Assembly (NCBI RefSeq): GCF_000150275.1
Contig: NW_002060943.1
Span: forward strand, 11,098,878-11,162,877
Direction of reading: 5' to 3'
DNA length: 64,000 nt
Source: Trichoplax adhaerens
Lineage: Eukaryota; Animalia; Placozoa
Numbering within the stretch: position 1 is the first letter of the stretch; each line of letters opens with the position of its first letter. The notes under the pieces are model-generated. The model was not told the origin of the DNA, did no database searches, and was given only the letters and a program-made list of their open reading frames with translations. Both the position numbers and the translations under genes were made by a program. Below are positions 11,681-26,600 of the stretch, piece after piece.

Positions 11681-14600
11681 ATGGAAGAGACTCCGATCCA
11701 GAGGGTTTTTTATACCTTTGTTATCGCTATACAAGTGAGTAAAAATTAAACCATTAAATCCTTTCAGTATAATTCTAATTACTAATCATTTTATTGTAAT
11801 ACCTTATTGAATACGGCACTTGAAATTAATTATTTTACATAGTTTTATGAGAGTTTCATAAACAGAAGTATTTAATCGAAATTTATAACCTTCCGTTTGT
11901 ACTACTTATTCCAGCTATCTAATTTTTGCCAATATAGTACTAGTATACGCTTTTGACTATGAAAACTATTAGACCGTCTAAGCGTGATAGCTGCCTACTT
12001 GCGCATTAGCTTACGTGATTACTCTCGAATTACGATAATTCTAATAGCGAATTGAGCTCTGTACAAATGTCATATCAAACTCTAATTTGTTGTAAAAATA
12101 TCTTTACTTTGATATTTGATTCTTATCCAATAGTTGCTTCTTTTACTACATCATACTTCAACTGATGCTCAAACAACTCCAACTCCTAGCCCAACCATTC
12201 CAACTAGTAAGTGATTAATAAATTTACTTGTATTCAAACTTGGCTTAGACAATAACACATTTCCTTAACCTGGAAGATTACTTGTCTATCACGCTCCTTA
12301 GTAAACTATGTTAATACCTGCTATTCTCCTTTTAAAAATTCATGAAAAATTTCAGTGTGTGTGTTATCACATAAAATCTTTCAATCATATTTTAATTCAG
12401 AGCTTTCCTGCCCTACTAACTACTGTCCAGTGGGTCTTACATGCGAATCAGATCAGCAGTATAGATGGTGTTGCTACACTGACTTCACAGATGGAAAAAA
12501 ATACTGCGAATGTCCTAATCGATTTCCTCAGAATCCTTATACTTGCGAGGTTGCAAGAAACTTCGGTACATCACAATGATCAAAATCATAGCATAAAATT
12601 TTTAAGCTTCTGATCAAATCTTACTACCGTACTGAACAGTACATCAAACATAGTATTCGCTATTCAAGTACTCGATCTTGTAATAGTCCATCGCAATGAG
12701 ATAGTAATTACTGTCGAAGGTGCTAAACACTATTTAATTTATTTCATTCCATATCATATTAGATGTATGTGGCCAGTCAACAATAATTGCCAGTGATAGC
12801 AGCCAGTTTATCAATTACACAATGAATTCTGGTGTTAGTCAAACAGACTGTTTGTGGACTATTAAAATCCCTGATTCCCTAACGAATTCTAGCCTTTATA
12901 TGGAAACAGTCTCTATCAATTTAACAAGTTTTGACAGTTGTCGGGATGTCTGGCTGGCTTTGTATGCTGGAGATATCGGAAAAACTAAATTATTTTGCAG
13001 TTCAAATAATCCTATCATATTTCGAAACAATACGGTTCAAGTTTGGTTCCGCGGACTTAATCGTCGCACCTCCCAAGGGTTTAGTCTTAAATTTTCTGCA
13101 AGTACGTCAAATTTAAATTACACTCGCAGATAATAACCAGAGATTAATTATCAAAATTTAAAAACATTATTTTTACATTTGATATATAGTTACTGATTCA
13201 TGCCGAAGTTCTCCCTGCCTTAATTCCGTCACTTGTATTACTCTGGTAAATAATTCGTACAGGTGTGATTGCAATAGTGGCTATACAGGAGCACGTTGTG
13301 AAATAGGTACAGCAATAAATTCAACCTAGTATCTTATACCTACACCATAGCTAGATCAAGTTTCAGAACTCGATATTATTTTACAATTGATAATCTTCCG
13401 ATAAATCTATTTGATATGCCGTATAAATAGCTATAATTAGCGAATCTTAACAATTGTCGATTAGTATTAGCAAGGCGATATATAATATAATATCATTGCA
13501 AAACTTAAAGAATTATTCTTGAATTTATTACTTTCGATCCAGTTCTAAAATTAGATATACCTTTAAGAAGTGAAAGTATTCGTGTTACTATATCTAATAA
13601 TTTATACATTATAACATCATTTAAACTTAGAAATCAATATAACCAAGTAAATTACTGGCACCGATACCATTTTAAGTTAATCTTTATGCGATAATTAAGA
13701 AAATTCTTAGAAAATATCAACTTGAATAATCTCATTATGAATTAATTTTGATTCAATCATTTCTATTATGTACACCGGTAAATTCATATTGTACTAATAT
13801 ATATTTAAAATATTCATTCTACAATCGCTATACGAGATATGAACTCATGCCGTAGTTCTCCCTGCCTCAATCTTGCTGCTTGTACTAGTCACCAAAATAG
13901 ATCGTACACATGCACTTGCAGAGCCGGATACTCTGGAATAAATTGCGAATCAGGTAAAATGGTAAATTAAACTTAGCTCTTTGAATATAAATTACGATCG
14001 GATGAGGTCTCAAAATTCGCGGCTATTTATAATCAATAAAATATTATACTTAACAAATATATACATAAAACCTATGTTGCGGTTATCCTTTTCTAAGGCT
14101 TATACCAGCCTTAGTGAGATTGTAGACTGTATACTGCAGGCTACGATATATCTAAAATTATTTACATCTAAATATGTGATGTATTTCAAGCCTCTTTTAA
14201 TTTCTAAATAGATATCAATGAATGTGCCTCCAACCCTTGTCAACATTTAAATGCTACTTGCCATAACAATGTTGACTCTTATTCTTGCAATTGCCCCTCT
14301 GAATGGACTGGCACCAATTGTGAAGTCGGTAGGGTAAAACTGTGATTTAATAATTTAAAAGCAATTCTTCTACAGTACAAGCAAATGTAGAAGTATTAAA
14401 GTTATGAAACAACATGAAACAGATGGAAATTTATGTCGTACGAGTATACCATGTCTAAATGGAGGAAATTGCTCATTTGCTGGCATAAACGCATATAATT
14501 GTAGCTGCCAAAATGGTTTTACGGGATTGATTTGTAATCAAAGTAAGACTATCCAAATAACAGTAAATTTCGTCCTAGGATCGATTTACAAATACAGTAC

Positions 14601-17600
14601 TGTATTCATTTCTTTAATACCATAATTCGGCTTTATAAGATAAGATATAGCAATCGCAGTCATATTCACATCATCTGAGTAAGCTATAATGAATTTTCTG
14701 ATTCAGTTATTAACATATAGAAGTACACACACTATACATATATGTAGTACTTAAAACATACGCAACTTTTACATTAATGGGCTACCAAAAGAAAAGATCG
14801 GACTTTACATGTACAAGTTCGAAGTGATAAATCAAAATTTTATTCGCAGATATTAATTTATTAACAGTAAATAGCACTATACAGTACCTAGTCTGAATCA
14901 CTGGAGTACTGTAGCCAATATGTAATTGTTATATTCTATAAATTTATTTTCCTTCATTTACAGGTATTAACGAATGTGCATCGAGTCCTTGCCTTCATCC
15001 TAATTCCTCTTGCATCGATGGAGTAAATAGGTTTACATGTAATTGCCCCTCAGAGCGAACTGGCACATTATGTGATATTGGTAAGATTCACTATTAATCA
15101 GTTAAATTTGAAGTTACTAATAATTACACATTTGGGTTTTTACACATCAAGTAAATTACTCATACTAACTAATTCCTGATACTCTTTCTGAAACGTTATA
15201 ATGAGTAATTTCATTCTAAGCGCGAACTTCTGCCGTAATTGGCGGTACAAGCTCAATTGCTCATGCATTAGTGTGTGCATTTATTTATGTACTTGACCTT
15301 TGGCTTTACGGGTCAAAACCGCTAGCAAAATTATATTACTAGTGCACGACATTATTTCTAAATGAAGGAATTAATCGTTTAAAAACCAATAATAAATCAA
15401 CTCCTATCATATTATTATAATTGTAAACAATTACAAAATCATGTTGCAATGTCTTAAGAGCTATAAATATTCTACAATCGCTATAGATATCAATCCGTGC
15501 CGTAGTTCTCCTTGTCTCAACTCCGCTAGTTGTAATAACCGACCTGATGGATCGTATGTGTGTAGTTGTACAATAGGATATTCTGGAATACATTGTGAAT
15601 CAGGTAAAACGAGAAAGACGATAAATTAGACTTAGTATCTCAAATATAAATTATGATCGGATTAAGTTCTAATAAAAATTATTACAATTACACTTATCTA
15701 CAAACTTATATCGTACTAACCCATATGTCGTAAAATACTTAATCTATAATCGTTACAGATGTCGATCCGTGCCGTAGCTCTCCTTGTCTCAACTCCGCTA
15801 GTTGTAATAACCGACCTGATGGATTGTATGTGTGTAGTTGTACAATAGGATATTCTGGAATACATTGTGAATCAGGTAAAACGAGAAAGACGATAAATTA
15901 GACTTAGTATCTCAAATATAAATTATGATCGGATTAAGTTCTAATAAAAATTATTACAATTACACTTATCTACAAACTTATATCGTACTAACCCATATGT
16001 CGTAAAATACTTAATCTATAATCGTTACAGATGTCGATCCGTGCCGTAGTTCTCCTTGTCTCAACTCCGCTAGTTGTAATAACCGACCTGATGGATCGTA
16101 TGTGTGTAGTTGTACAATAGGATATTCTGGAATACATTGTGAATCAGGTAAAACGAGAAAAACGATAAATTAGACTTAGTATCTCAAATATAAATTATGA
16201 TCGGATTAAGTTCTAATAAAAATTTCCCATAAAAATTATTACAATTACACATATCTACAAACTTATATCGTACTAACCCATATGTCGTAAAATACTTAAT
16301 CTATAATCGTTACAGATGTCGATCCGTGCCGTAGTTCTCCTTGTCTCAACTCCGCTAGTTGTAGTAACCGACCTGATGGATCGTATGCGTGTAATTGTAG
16401 AGCAGGATATTCCGGATTACATTGTGAATCAGGTAAAACGAGAAAAACGATAAATTAGACTTAGTATCTCAAATATAAATTATGATCGGATTAAGCTCTA
16501 ACAGAAATTGTTACAATAAAGCACATCTACAAACTTATATCATACTAACTCACACGTTATAAAATATTCTATAATCGTTACAGATATCAATCCGTGCCGT
16601 AGTTCTCCTTGTCTCAATTCCGCTAATTGTAATAACCAACCTGATGGATCATACACGTGTAATTGCAGAGGCGGATATTCTGGATTGCATTGTGAAACAG
16701 GTATAACGAGAAAGACGATAAATCAGATTTAACGCTTCTATGTATTCTACACTTAGATTAAATTTCAGAGTTCTATGCTATATTATATAATTAACAAATT
16801 CATATACGCCGTACAAATACCCATATATATACCGTATGTGTATGCATTTCTTACCAGCAAATTTTAGCAAATAAGGATATAGATAAAGTCGAGTATAATT
16901 TAAGTAATTGATAAGTTACAATCTCTTACTAATGCAGAAATCAATGAGTGTTCATCAAATCCTTGCCGAAATGCAAATGCTACATGCATAGATAAATTAA
17001 ATTCCTATGAATGCTCTTGTCCATCAGATCGTACGGGTCTGGCCTGTGAAATAAGTAAATTCACTTGATTTAAAGTATTTCATATAGCGATTAAGATAAC
17101 TGATTATTTAAATTAATTTTTACCTCCTAGACATAAGTATATGCAGCCCAGTCAATCATCCATGCAAGAATGGGGGAACTTGCATAGTTTCATCTAAAGC
17201 TAATAACGCCTATAATTGTCGTTGTTTGACTCTCTATACTGGCAAAAACTGTGAAATAAGTAATCTGTTTTATGTTTTAATTTGAAAATATTTTTAATCA
17301 GTTATTAGTTGAAAATGATAATTATCTTTGCACTCCTTCTAAATCATTATTATTTAGAGTATGATCCGTGTTCATCAAATCCATGTAATAACAGTGGTAC
17401 ATGTTTGAGCTCATCAACCGGTATTACCTGTAAATGTTTGATTGGCTACACAGATCCAACATGCTCGACAGGTAAGTTAAAATAAATAATTGAACTTGTC
17501 AGGATAATTCGAAGATTGTAGTACATCCAAGCAGACAAGAATACTTTTAGATAAATTTTACAATTGCTACAACTAAAAAGTTTTGTAGAATTGATGATGT

Positions 17601-20600
17601 ACAGTAATCAACTATTATCCTATTAGAACTGAATAGATGCGATGATTATCCCTGCTTAAATTATGGCACGTGTCAACACCTCGGACGCAATAAATTTACG
17701 TGCCATTGCTCTGAAGAATATACTGGAACTCTATGCCAAATTAAAGGTGCCAAATATCTACTGAAGAAATCATAAAATATCAATTTATGTATAATCATTA
17801 CATGAGATATGAAATCTAGATGTAATTTATAATCTTAGTATCTTCTATCATGAACATATTGAAAACTTTGAAGATTCGTAGACTTATTTAAATAGCGCTG
17901 GTATATTTTGGACCAGATACTTCTTACATTTTTCTATCTTGCATTCCTAAAATGAATCATTATCCTAAAAATTTTGCAAATTTAATTTAATGATAGGTAA
18001 TCAAGGTACCATGGGTAAAAAATTTGCTTTTCCAGTTTCTAGTAAGAGTTTTTTCGAGATTATAATAACTTTCCACGAACCAGGCGTGGTAGATATTAAT
18101 GCGATCTATAAGCACTTTCTTCCATACCAGATAAAGTCCAAATCTGCTGCTACATTTACCGTGAGGGATATTAAAAGGAACTTTTCTAATAACATTAGCC
18201 AGCTAACACGTAGAATAGTTGAAATTGAAGATCAGTCTATATTTACAAGAAACTTTGACGAAGTTATCTATATCAATTCTACAAATCCAATCAGTGTATC
18301 TATTCATGACATGGGTACAGAAATATTCCGAAAAATTGTTTTAATGCTGCCTAAAGCAACTGCCGCGAAGCAATACATTATCCCATTAAATTCAATAATT
18401 AACAGCGGGTCTAACTTTTATTTGCTGACTCTGGAGGAAAATACTACTATCGATATTGACTATTTCGGCAATCGTGATCAAATGCAATCAGAATGGACTA
18501 CCCGACCTAATTCATATACACTGATTCCTGTTAATGCTACAAATTCGCTTAACAATACTGCTAGAATTACAACATCTAAACCTATCTTTGTATTCTTAGC
18601 AAGTACCAATCATAATCCAGATATGACATCAACTCCAAACTTTATGGCTGGTCCTACTATATCCTTGCAAATACCTCCTATATCATCACTTGGGCAAGAT
18701 TTCATCATGACAGAATTGCAAAATAATGATACGCACATCAATCTTGTTACGCCGTACAATGAAACTATCATTACTATTAATGGCAATCAATTCAATATAA
18801 GCAAGATTGGCGGCAATCTTCAATTTAAATTACTGCTTGCAAGAAAATTCGAGATAATTGATCAAGAGCATATTCTATTACCTGATACGCTTTATCTACA
18901 ATGTAGTAAACCGTGTTTACTTCTTTCTAGCCGTAATACGGATATAAGTTATGTAAATATGATGACAACAGTAACATCATTTGTTCAAGCTATTAAGCAC
19001 TTTTCTAACCGTTACTGGATTTCTAATGTTAACTCCTTTATAAGTGGCTTAACACTTATAGTACCAAGTAATGAAACTAATGGTTTACGATTAAGGCAAG
19101 CAAGATTAAACTCCAGTAATTGGACTGTCCTTAATGGAATTGACTATTCTATTATCAAGCTAGATAGAAAACTAGATCGTCTAACCGCAAATAGTGAAAT
19201 TTATCACGTTAATCGTAATGTAAAATTTAGCATGCTGCTTAGTCTAAGTACTGATTTCGTGTTTACATATTTGCCTCGCTTAAATCTATTGCCACATAAA
19301 ATTTATTGCGTCAAAGATAATCCTTTGCCAGGAGATAAGTTTGATAATGATTGTGATGGGAATATCGACGAAGAGATTTTTAATGGGGTAGATGATGATC
19401 AAGACGGAAAAATTGACGAAGATACCCAAAGTATACCGAGCATTAGTTTATCATCTTCAATTACCTCGTATTCATGTGCTGATATTGCTGAAAGCCTTAA
19501 AAGTATTTCTGACAAGCCAAAAATAATTACACCGCCATATTGCCCTCTATATATTCACAATCAAACAAATAATGTTAAAATTACTTACGTTGATTCTAGG
19601 CCAATCCTTAATGGATGTCAATACGAATTACGCAGGACGTGGTCATTTATAGATCACTGCAGGAACCAAATTATAAAAACCCAGACTATCAATATCTTAC
19701 TTGCAAATTATAATATTTCTTGGCCAGAAGATATTAGAAGTGATCGTTGTCCGTATAACAGCAGTAACGATGATGATAAACCGCAGGTTCGATTTTTAAC
19801 CAGAAATTGCAGACAAGATGTAATGAAGCTGGTAACCATAACCCACCGAAATATTACTCGTCTTTATTGTAACCCATCTATCATTAGAACTTGGACCCTT
19901 CGTCTTAACTTTTTTTGCAACATAACGAGAACGCACAATCAAACAATTAGTCTGTTAGCGGAAAAAGGTTAAAAAATTTAATCAGTTAATAAAAAATCTA
20001 CTGATGGATGATTATATTCTTAAATGTAAAATCTTAAAGAAATATTACCTTTTTCGTAAGAAAATTTAAACCATGAGGCAGCAAGTTATTGCTAACTATA
20101 CAAGTATTATTAATTAATTTCGTTGGTATGAATTGCAGAGAATTATTACATATTCTCTATTTTATTATCGGTACTTTCCAATTTAGATCCGTTGACTTGT
20201 AAGTCTCTCTGCTCTAACAATGGCACTTGTCAAAATATACGCAATAGTCATCGCTGTCTATGCCAACCAGGATATACTGGTTCATCCTGCGATGAAGGTG
20301 AAATGTAGCCAAAAATTCTTAGTCTTAACATGAAGATTCGATATAATTCAGAGCCATGATAAGTTGGATAACTATAGAACTAAAATAAATAACACAATAT
20401 CTCTAACCCTTGACGCTAACTACCAGTATCTTTCAAATAGAAATTAGCAAATGCGCCTTACTCAAACCATGCAAAAACTACGGCCGGTGTACGGATCTGT
20501 TTAACGATTACCGATGTAGTTGCAATCAATATTATACAGGAAAAGACTGTGAGGAAGGTAAATTTTATTTTTCAGTTCTAACCTATATTTTTAAATTCAC

Positions 20601-23600
20601 TTCGATAAACATAGTATATACCGCGTACTGTGGTAACTTCCTATAGTACTGTAGGTGCTATATAACCATAACGGTAATACCTTACTGAGTCAATTTTTTT
20701 TTTAAACTTGATATAATATTTATCATAGATATCAACGAATGTCGCCTTAATCCATGCCAAAATAATGGCCGATGCATTAATATTGAACGAGGATATCGAT
20801 GTACTTGTCCGCCTAAATTTGAAGGGCCAACATGCGAAAAAGGTAATTAGAATTAGAATTACGAGCCTAGTTTGATTATCGATGGTCCATTGCATTTGTT
20901 CGTCAAACATTCGCAGATTAGAAATATACCGATATTAAAAGTTTCTTCCTTGTCGGTATCTCATTTTCTAATAGAAATTATTGGAGAAATCACGACTTGC
21001 AAAGCAGAAAATTCTACCGTGTTCTGGAACGAAACTCTAGCTGGCCGCATCGCATATGCTAAATGTCCACCTGGTAGTGCAGGTATCATTTGGATAATCC
21101 TCCTTTAGTGTTCACATATAATGTATATGAGTATACCATAATTGTGGGACTCTATCTTAGCTAGACTTGATTTATTGCTTATAAAATATCGATCTTGGCG
21201 ATGAATAAGCAATAGCACTCTCCGTCTAAAATTAAAGTGCTCCCATAACTAATTCCTGTATACTCGTTATCATCATTTTCTTTATTAGCACATTTGATTC
21301 TAATGTGCAATGCGTACCCTTTTGCTCTGTTATCCTTTTACTTTACTATTGAATATGATTTGAATTATTTACAAATTGGTAAAACAAAGATTTAAGACCA
21401 GCTATATTTCTAAACAGATCTATCGATAAATCACCGTGCTTATTAATATATCTAAATCATTGCCTATACCTACCATTTCTATTAAATGGAATAGAATTTA
21501 TTGACTGATAGTGTGCAATAAGGTAGCCACTTAGTGCTTATCACGAGTAAATAGCACGATTTATCTAAAAACAAGATCATAATTTGCCCGCATATTCATC
21601 AGAAGTGAACAAATCTTGATTGTGTATCCGATCGATTCAGTATTAAATCTGTAGCCCCATCATACCTTTATATAACAAAGAATTGATTAATTAAATATAA
21701 ATTGTCTCTGCATCAATTTCATTAATTTTATGTTTCAGGTTTAGCAAGCAGATTGTGTAAAAATTCTTCAACACCTGCTTGGGATATTCCTGTTTTTACT
21801 GCCTGTACATCACCTAAATTTAATTCATTACAAGATAAAGCAAGTATCAAGCTAAATTGGAATTTATTAAAATTGCTTTAATATTTTTATCTAATTGATC
21901 ATTTATCTATTGCGACTAGATCGCGAACTTACAAAGTAACAAAAGCAATATTGGTGAAGTTACCCGAGAATTAGTTAACATTACAACAGTTTCTAAGGAT
22001 AAACCTTTATTGAGTGGTGATATTCTCGTAGCAACAAATATATTAGAAAACGTTCTAAATGCAACTACAAACGATAAGCAGCCGACAGATGATGAAGTTG
22101 AGGTTAATAAGCGATCATCATTGTTTTGTATCTTTAACCTCAATCTCTTCATAAGCTTAAATTACTATCCGATTGAGTAATTTTAAAAGTATATTGGATC
22201 AAATTTGATGCTGATACCCTTGAATTACTTCAAAATTTTCAAAATGTCATTTTTTCGTAGTCTTTTATTGAATCCTCAAGTAACATTGTTCATCAAGCCA
22301 ATAAAGAATCGTGGAAGGAAATTGACGATGTAAGGAGAGTAATTTAAAGTACTGGAAGGCGTTTATCGTAAATTTTATGTGCACAGTAACAATATTTTGT
22401 AAATATCTAACGTAAAAGGTATATATGATATTTATAGTTTTTCATCCTTTCTCGCTCCTTCTACAAACACGTTTCAATATTAAATGATTATCATAACATT
22501 TAACTCAGAAAAAACCCAGCCAAGGGATTATGAAAGTCACAGAAATAATTACAAGTTATGTAATGAAAAAAGAAATGAAAGAAAATGAAACCAGCTTTGT
22601 GGTTGTTTCTGAAAACATTGGTAATTATCAATTCATAACATTGTCCTTTTCAATTCGAAAGGATTCTTTGAGTTTAGCAAATAACTTTTGATCCAAATTT
22701 ATAGCTTTATTTTGTTATATAACAGCCTTGATTCGTAAATCTTGCCCGCTACGATAAATGTTTTCCAGCAATCAGTAAATTTCTTCGTTGCGGTCCATTA
22801 TTCTTTTAGTTGCTATGATATAAAATGAAATTGATTTTTATACCTTTTATTTACAGTTTATCTAAGTTTATGATAACTAATACCGCAATGACAGAGAAGA
22901 ATTTCTGTATTTATAGTATCGAAATAAAGGTAGCTACATTATTTTAATATCTGAGAAAATTGTTTTATTTTAGTTTTAGAATCTAAAGTAATACCTCCTA
23001 CGGCCAATCAAAGTTATCAGTTTCGGCCATCAGCTCTAGGTGGAACTGGAAAACAAAAGGATACTAGCAGTATTACGCTGCCAGGAGGAATTTTCCAACG
23101 AGAAGGTACTGTATATTTTAAAAATTTTAACATAGAAAGTATATTTTGATTACTTTGTAGCCTTAAATCATAATAATTAAAACCTAATTTGATCCTATTT
23201 CCAATTCTCTCCATTGCAATCTAATAGGTTATAATGGTTCCATCAAGGTTATTAGCTTACTGTTTACCTCTATCAGTGATATCTTGGATACTAAAAGCAG
23301 GTTTTTAAAAGCTTTTGAAATTGTACGGCATCAGATAAATGACTCGATTTAGCGCAGCTTATTACATATAGACATTTACGCACTTCACTTTTATGCAGTA
23401 TTTACTAGTAAATTGTCTATACATTCATTAAATTAATTGAGAAACAGAATAAAAAAGTATTAATCACGTTATTTTATTTCTAGCAATAAAACTCCAAAAG
23501 TCAATTCGGATATTATTTCGACTACTGTGGATCCAAAATTAGACAAAATATTGAAAAATCCAATCGTCATTGTTTTGCAACATGAAAATTATGTAAATTC

Positions 23601-26600
23601 GATTTTTATTAAATTATTGACTGAATTTGCTGAGTAGACTAATTTAATATAAACACAAAATTGATTCTTTTCATTATTTCCACTATAAAGACATCTTCCA
23701 AAGATAACACCTCTTGCGTGTTCTATAACTTTGATATCAGGTTATTTTAATTAAGCAACTGGAACTTAAAGCTTATTCTATACAATATCTTGACAATATT
23801 AATTAAACGAAGAAATATCTCTTCTGTCAAATTTTTTATGGCGACTAATTTATACTGAAGAAAGATCACAATGTCTACGGTCACGCTGAAATTAATGTCA
23901 GTTAATACACTTATTAATACTATTTAGCTCTTGGGATACCAGTGGATGCAAAGCTAATTTCACCAACGAAACACATACAATCTGTCACTGTGATCACTTG
24001 ACGAATTTCGCAGTCTTAGTTAGTCTCCGTGGAGTTTCCGTAAGTTGAAATACTAAATTAGGCAATTTTTTATTTATGTAGCAAAATTAATTTCATCTTA
24101 GGTCACTCTCCTAAAATCTAGCAATCAATGGCTATACTATACATCGTAGATTTATGGCTTATCGTCTAGCTGAAATCCTATAGTGCTGTCGCTTTACTTC
24201 TAATATTAATATTAAAAGTTTATGAAGCCTTTCTTCAGAATTAGATCATCATAGTATTGCTTGCCCTTCAATATTGAAATGATCGCTACGATTCATATCT
24301 TTGAATTATCGTTAGATAAAGTTCCTTTCAAGCATTATTAGTCGCAGCAGATATGCATAGATTTGCATGTTTGGTCTTCATATTTTTAAAACATAAAATC
24401 TATAAGTGTACACTACATATTTCTAGATCAAGTAGGAGCGATTAATATTTAAGGATGCGACAGGATAATTCTAATCACATTACTTTACGATACACGGCAT
24501 AAATGCATATAATTTATGCGTATAAACTGATTATCTCAAACGCTATATATTAAGGTTTATTAGTGGCCAAAATAGCACCTTTCGTTTCCAGCACAAAGTT
24601 ATTAATATGATAATGTCAGTAACAGCCACGGACAATTCGCAAACCCCACGTACTACTCTTTTTTCAAATACTCGCGCTATTTATTTACTGGTATATACTC
24701 TTGAGCGAATATCTAAAATCATGCTTGTGCTATCTTTAGATTATATTATGATAACTTAACCTTACATCATTAAGACAAACTGTAATGCGACAGAAGTGAT
24801 TTAGATTATGAGTTTCAATTACTGGCCCTACTTGCTATTCAAGTCAAACAATGTTTATACAGATCTTTTATCCTTTAGTTCATATATTATAGGCTATATC
24901 ACGATATAAGATTTCTAAAGTGTTTGTTGTCCTATTCAATTCACATTTTGTTCTGAACTGGATTGCTTCCTGCAGGAAAATCCGGAGATTCGATTATCAT
25001 TGGAAATTCTATCTTACATAGGCTGTGGGCTCTCTATCATTGGCCTCCTCATTACTATCTCCGTTTACACTTATTACAGAAGGTTAATTATTACAGGAAA
25101 TATCTTATTTGCCTAAATATTTATTTAGAACAACTCGAGTTTTTTCGAATTTTAGGTTTGCTAAATAGGTATTTTTTTCGTTTAATCTAGTCGCATAAAG
25201 TCCCCAAACACGGTAATCCATTTAAATTTATTTTCCTGCTTACTACTGGTCAATATTATTGTTGTTGCTGGTTTGCAAAGAACAGAAGTAACGGTAAGTA
25301 TAATGCTAAACATACTAATTGAAAGAAAAGGCATAAATCGGTTTCAGCTTATCATTTCGATATTCCCTAAACTAATCCTTAGACGTATCATTGCTACCTT
25401 AATTAATTAACACAAGCTCAGCTGCAGTAATGAAATCTTTTAGGATCTCTTCATTCATAATTAATTGCTATCCCTAATTATTTATTTAATTAGTCGAATA
25501 ACTTGCTTCATTAATACAAGCTTTACTGTAATTATGGAACCCTTTACGACCTCTCCGTTCTTGTCGTATTCTTAATAGGTTATCTGCATCATTATGGCTG
25601 CTTTACTGCATTATCTACTTCTTGCAGCCTTCATATGGATGCTAATAGAAGGCATCAACTTATATCTTATGCTAGTTAAAGTTTTTGGAGCCAAGATAAA
25701 ACTATACTTATGCTATGCGGCAGGCTACGGTAAATTATTTTTAGCATTAATACTTTAATTTATAAACGACTATTTCATCTAGACAACTTAATGAAAAGAT
25801 TAATTTCATATCTTAACAAAATTTTAGCTTTTGAAAGAGTAAATTGATATAAAGATATTACAAATTCCTCTTTCTTTGACTAGGAATTCCGGCAGTTATT
25901 GTTGCTGGCACGCTTCTTTCTAGTGGTTTGACTATCGGCTTGGAAAATTATACTATGAACTCCACGTCAGTAATATCTAATACATATTACGAATGTATTA
26001 TTGAATGTTACGGTCGATAATAGTCACTAACTAGTTACTGATCAATTTTAATACACGAATTCTATAATTTAGGCTTCGAATCAGTAGATTAAATGTCACT
26101 TTAATACAAGATTGCGTCCGTTAGTTACAGCAATCACACTTTCTTTAAAATTTAAGCGAGGTCAAATTAAAAAAATCTCACCCTTACAATAAAATGATAC
26201 TCAATAAGCGATAGTATTTCAATACCAAGCAAAAATTAAAATACTAGCAAGCTTTAAGATTTTATATTTTTAGGCAAACCTTTTCCAACTAGTATTATAA
26301 ATTCCCAATTTACTAGCGCAATTTTTTTATTTTGGACAAAGGGTAGATTAAAATGGTGTTAATATTTTATTATATTTCAGATGTTGGCTAAATAACGATC
26401 CACCTGTTATTCTGGGATTTATGGTTCCCGCTGCAGCAATTATTTTAGTAAGTATACTATATGCAGCAAATGTGTATGTGTATTTGTACTCGGTATTATA
26501 TATAAGAGGGTGATTACAACTAAATAAATTAAATGATTTTCTCTACTCTACTGATACGCAGTAGAATGATAGTGTATCTATTTCTGATTAAAGCAAACAA

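Noticed and set aside
17990-19972. Stand-alone gene or bacterial contaminant
   Set aside because: Flanked by phase-1 splice sites that join EGF exons on both sides; base composition looks like the host.
13190-20842. Notch/Crumbs/fibropellin gene, suggested by the EGF array
   Set aside because: The EGF exons continue in phase into HormR-GAIN-GPS-7TM; no LNR, ankyrin or LamG domains are seen.
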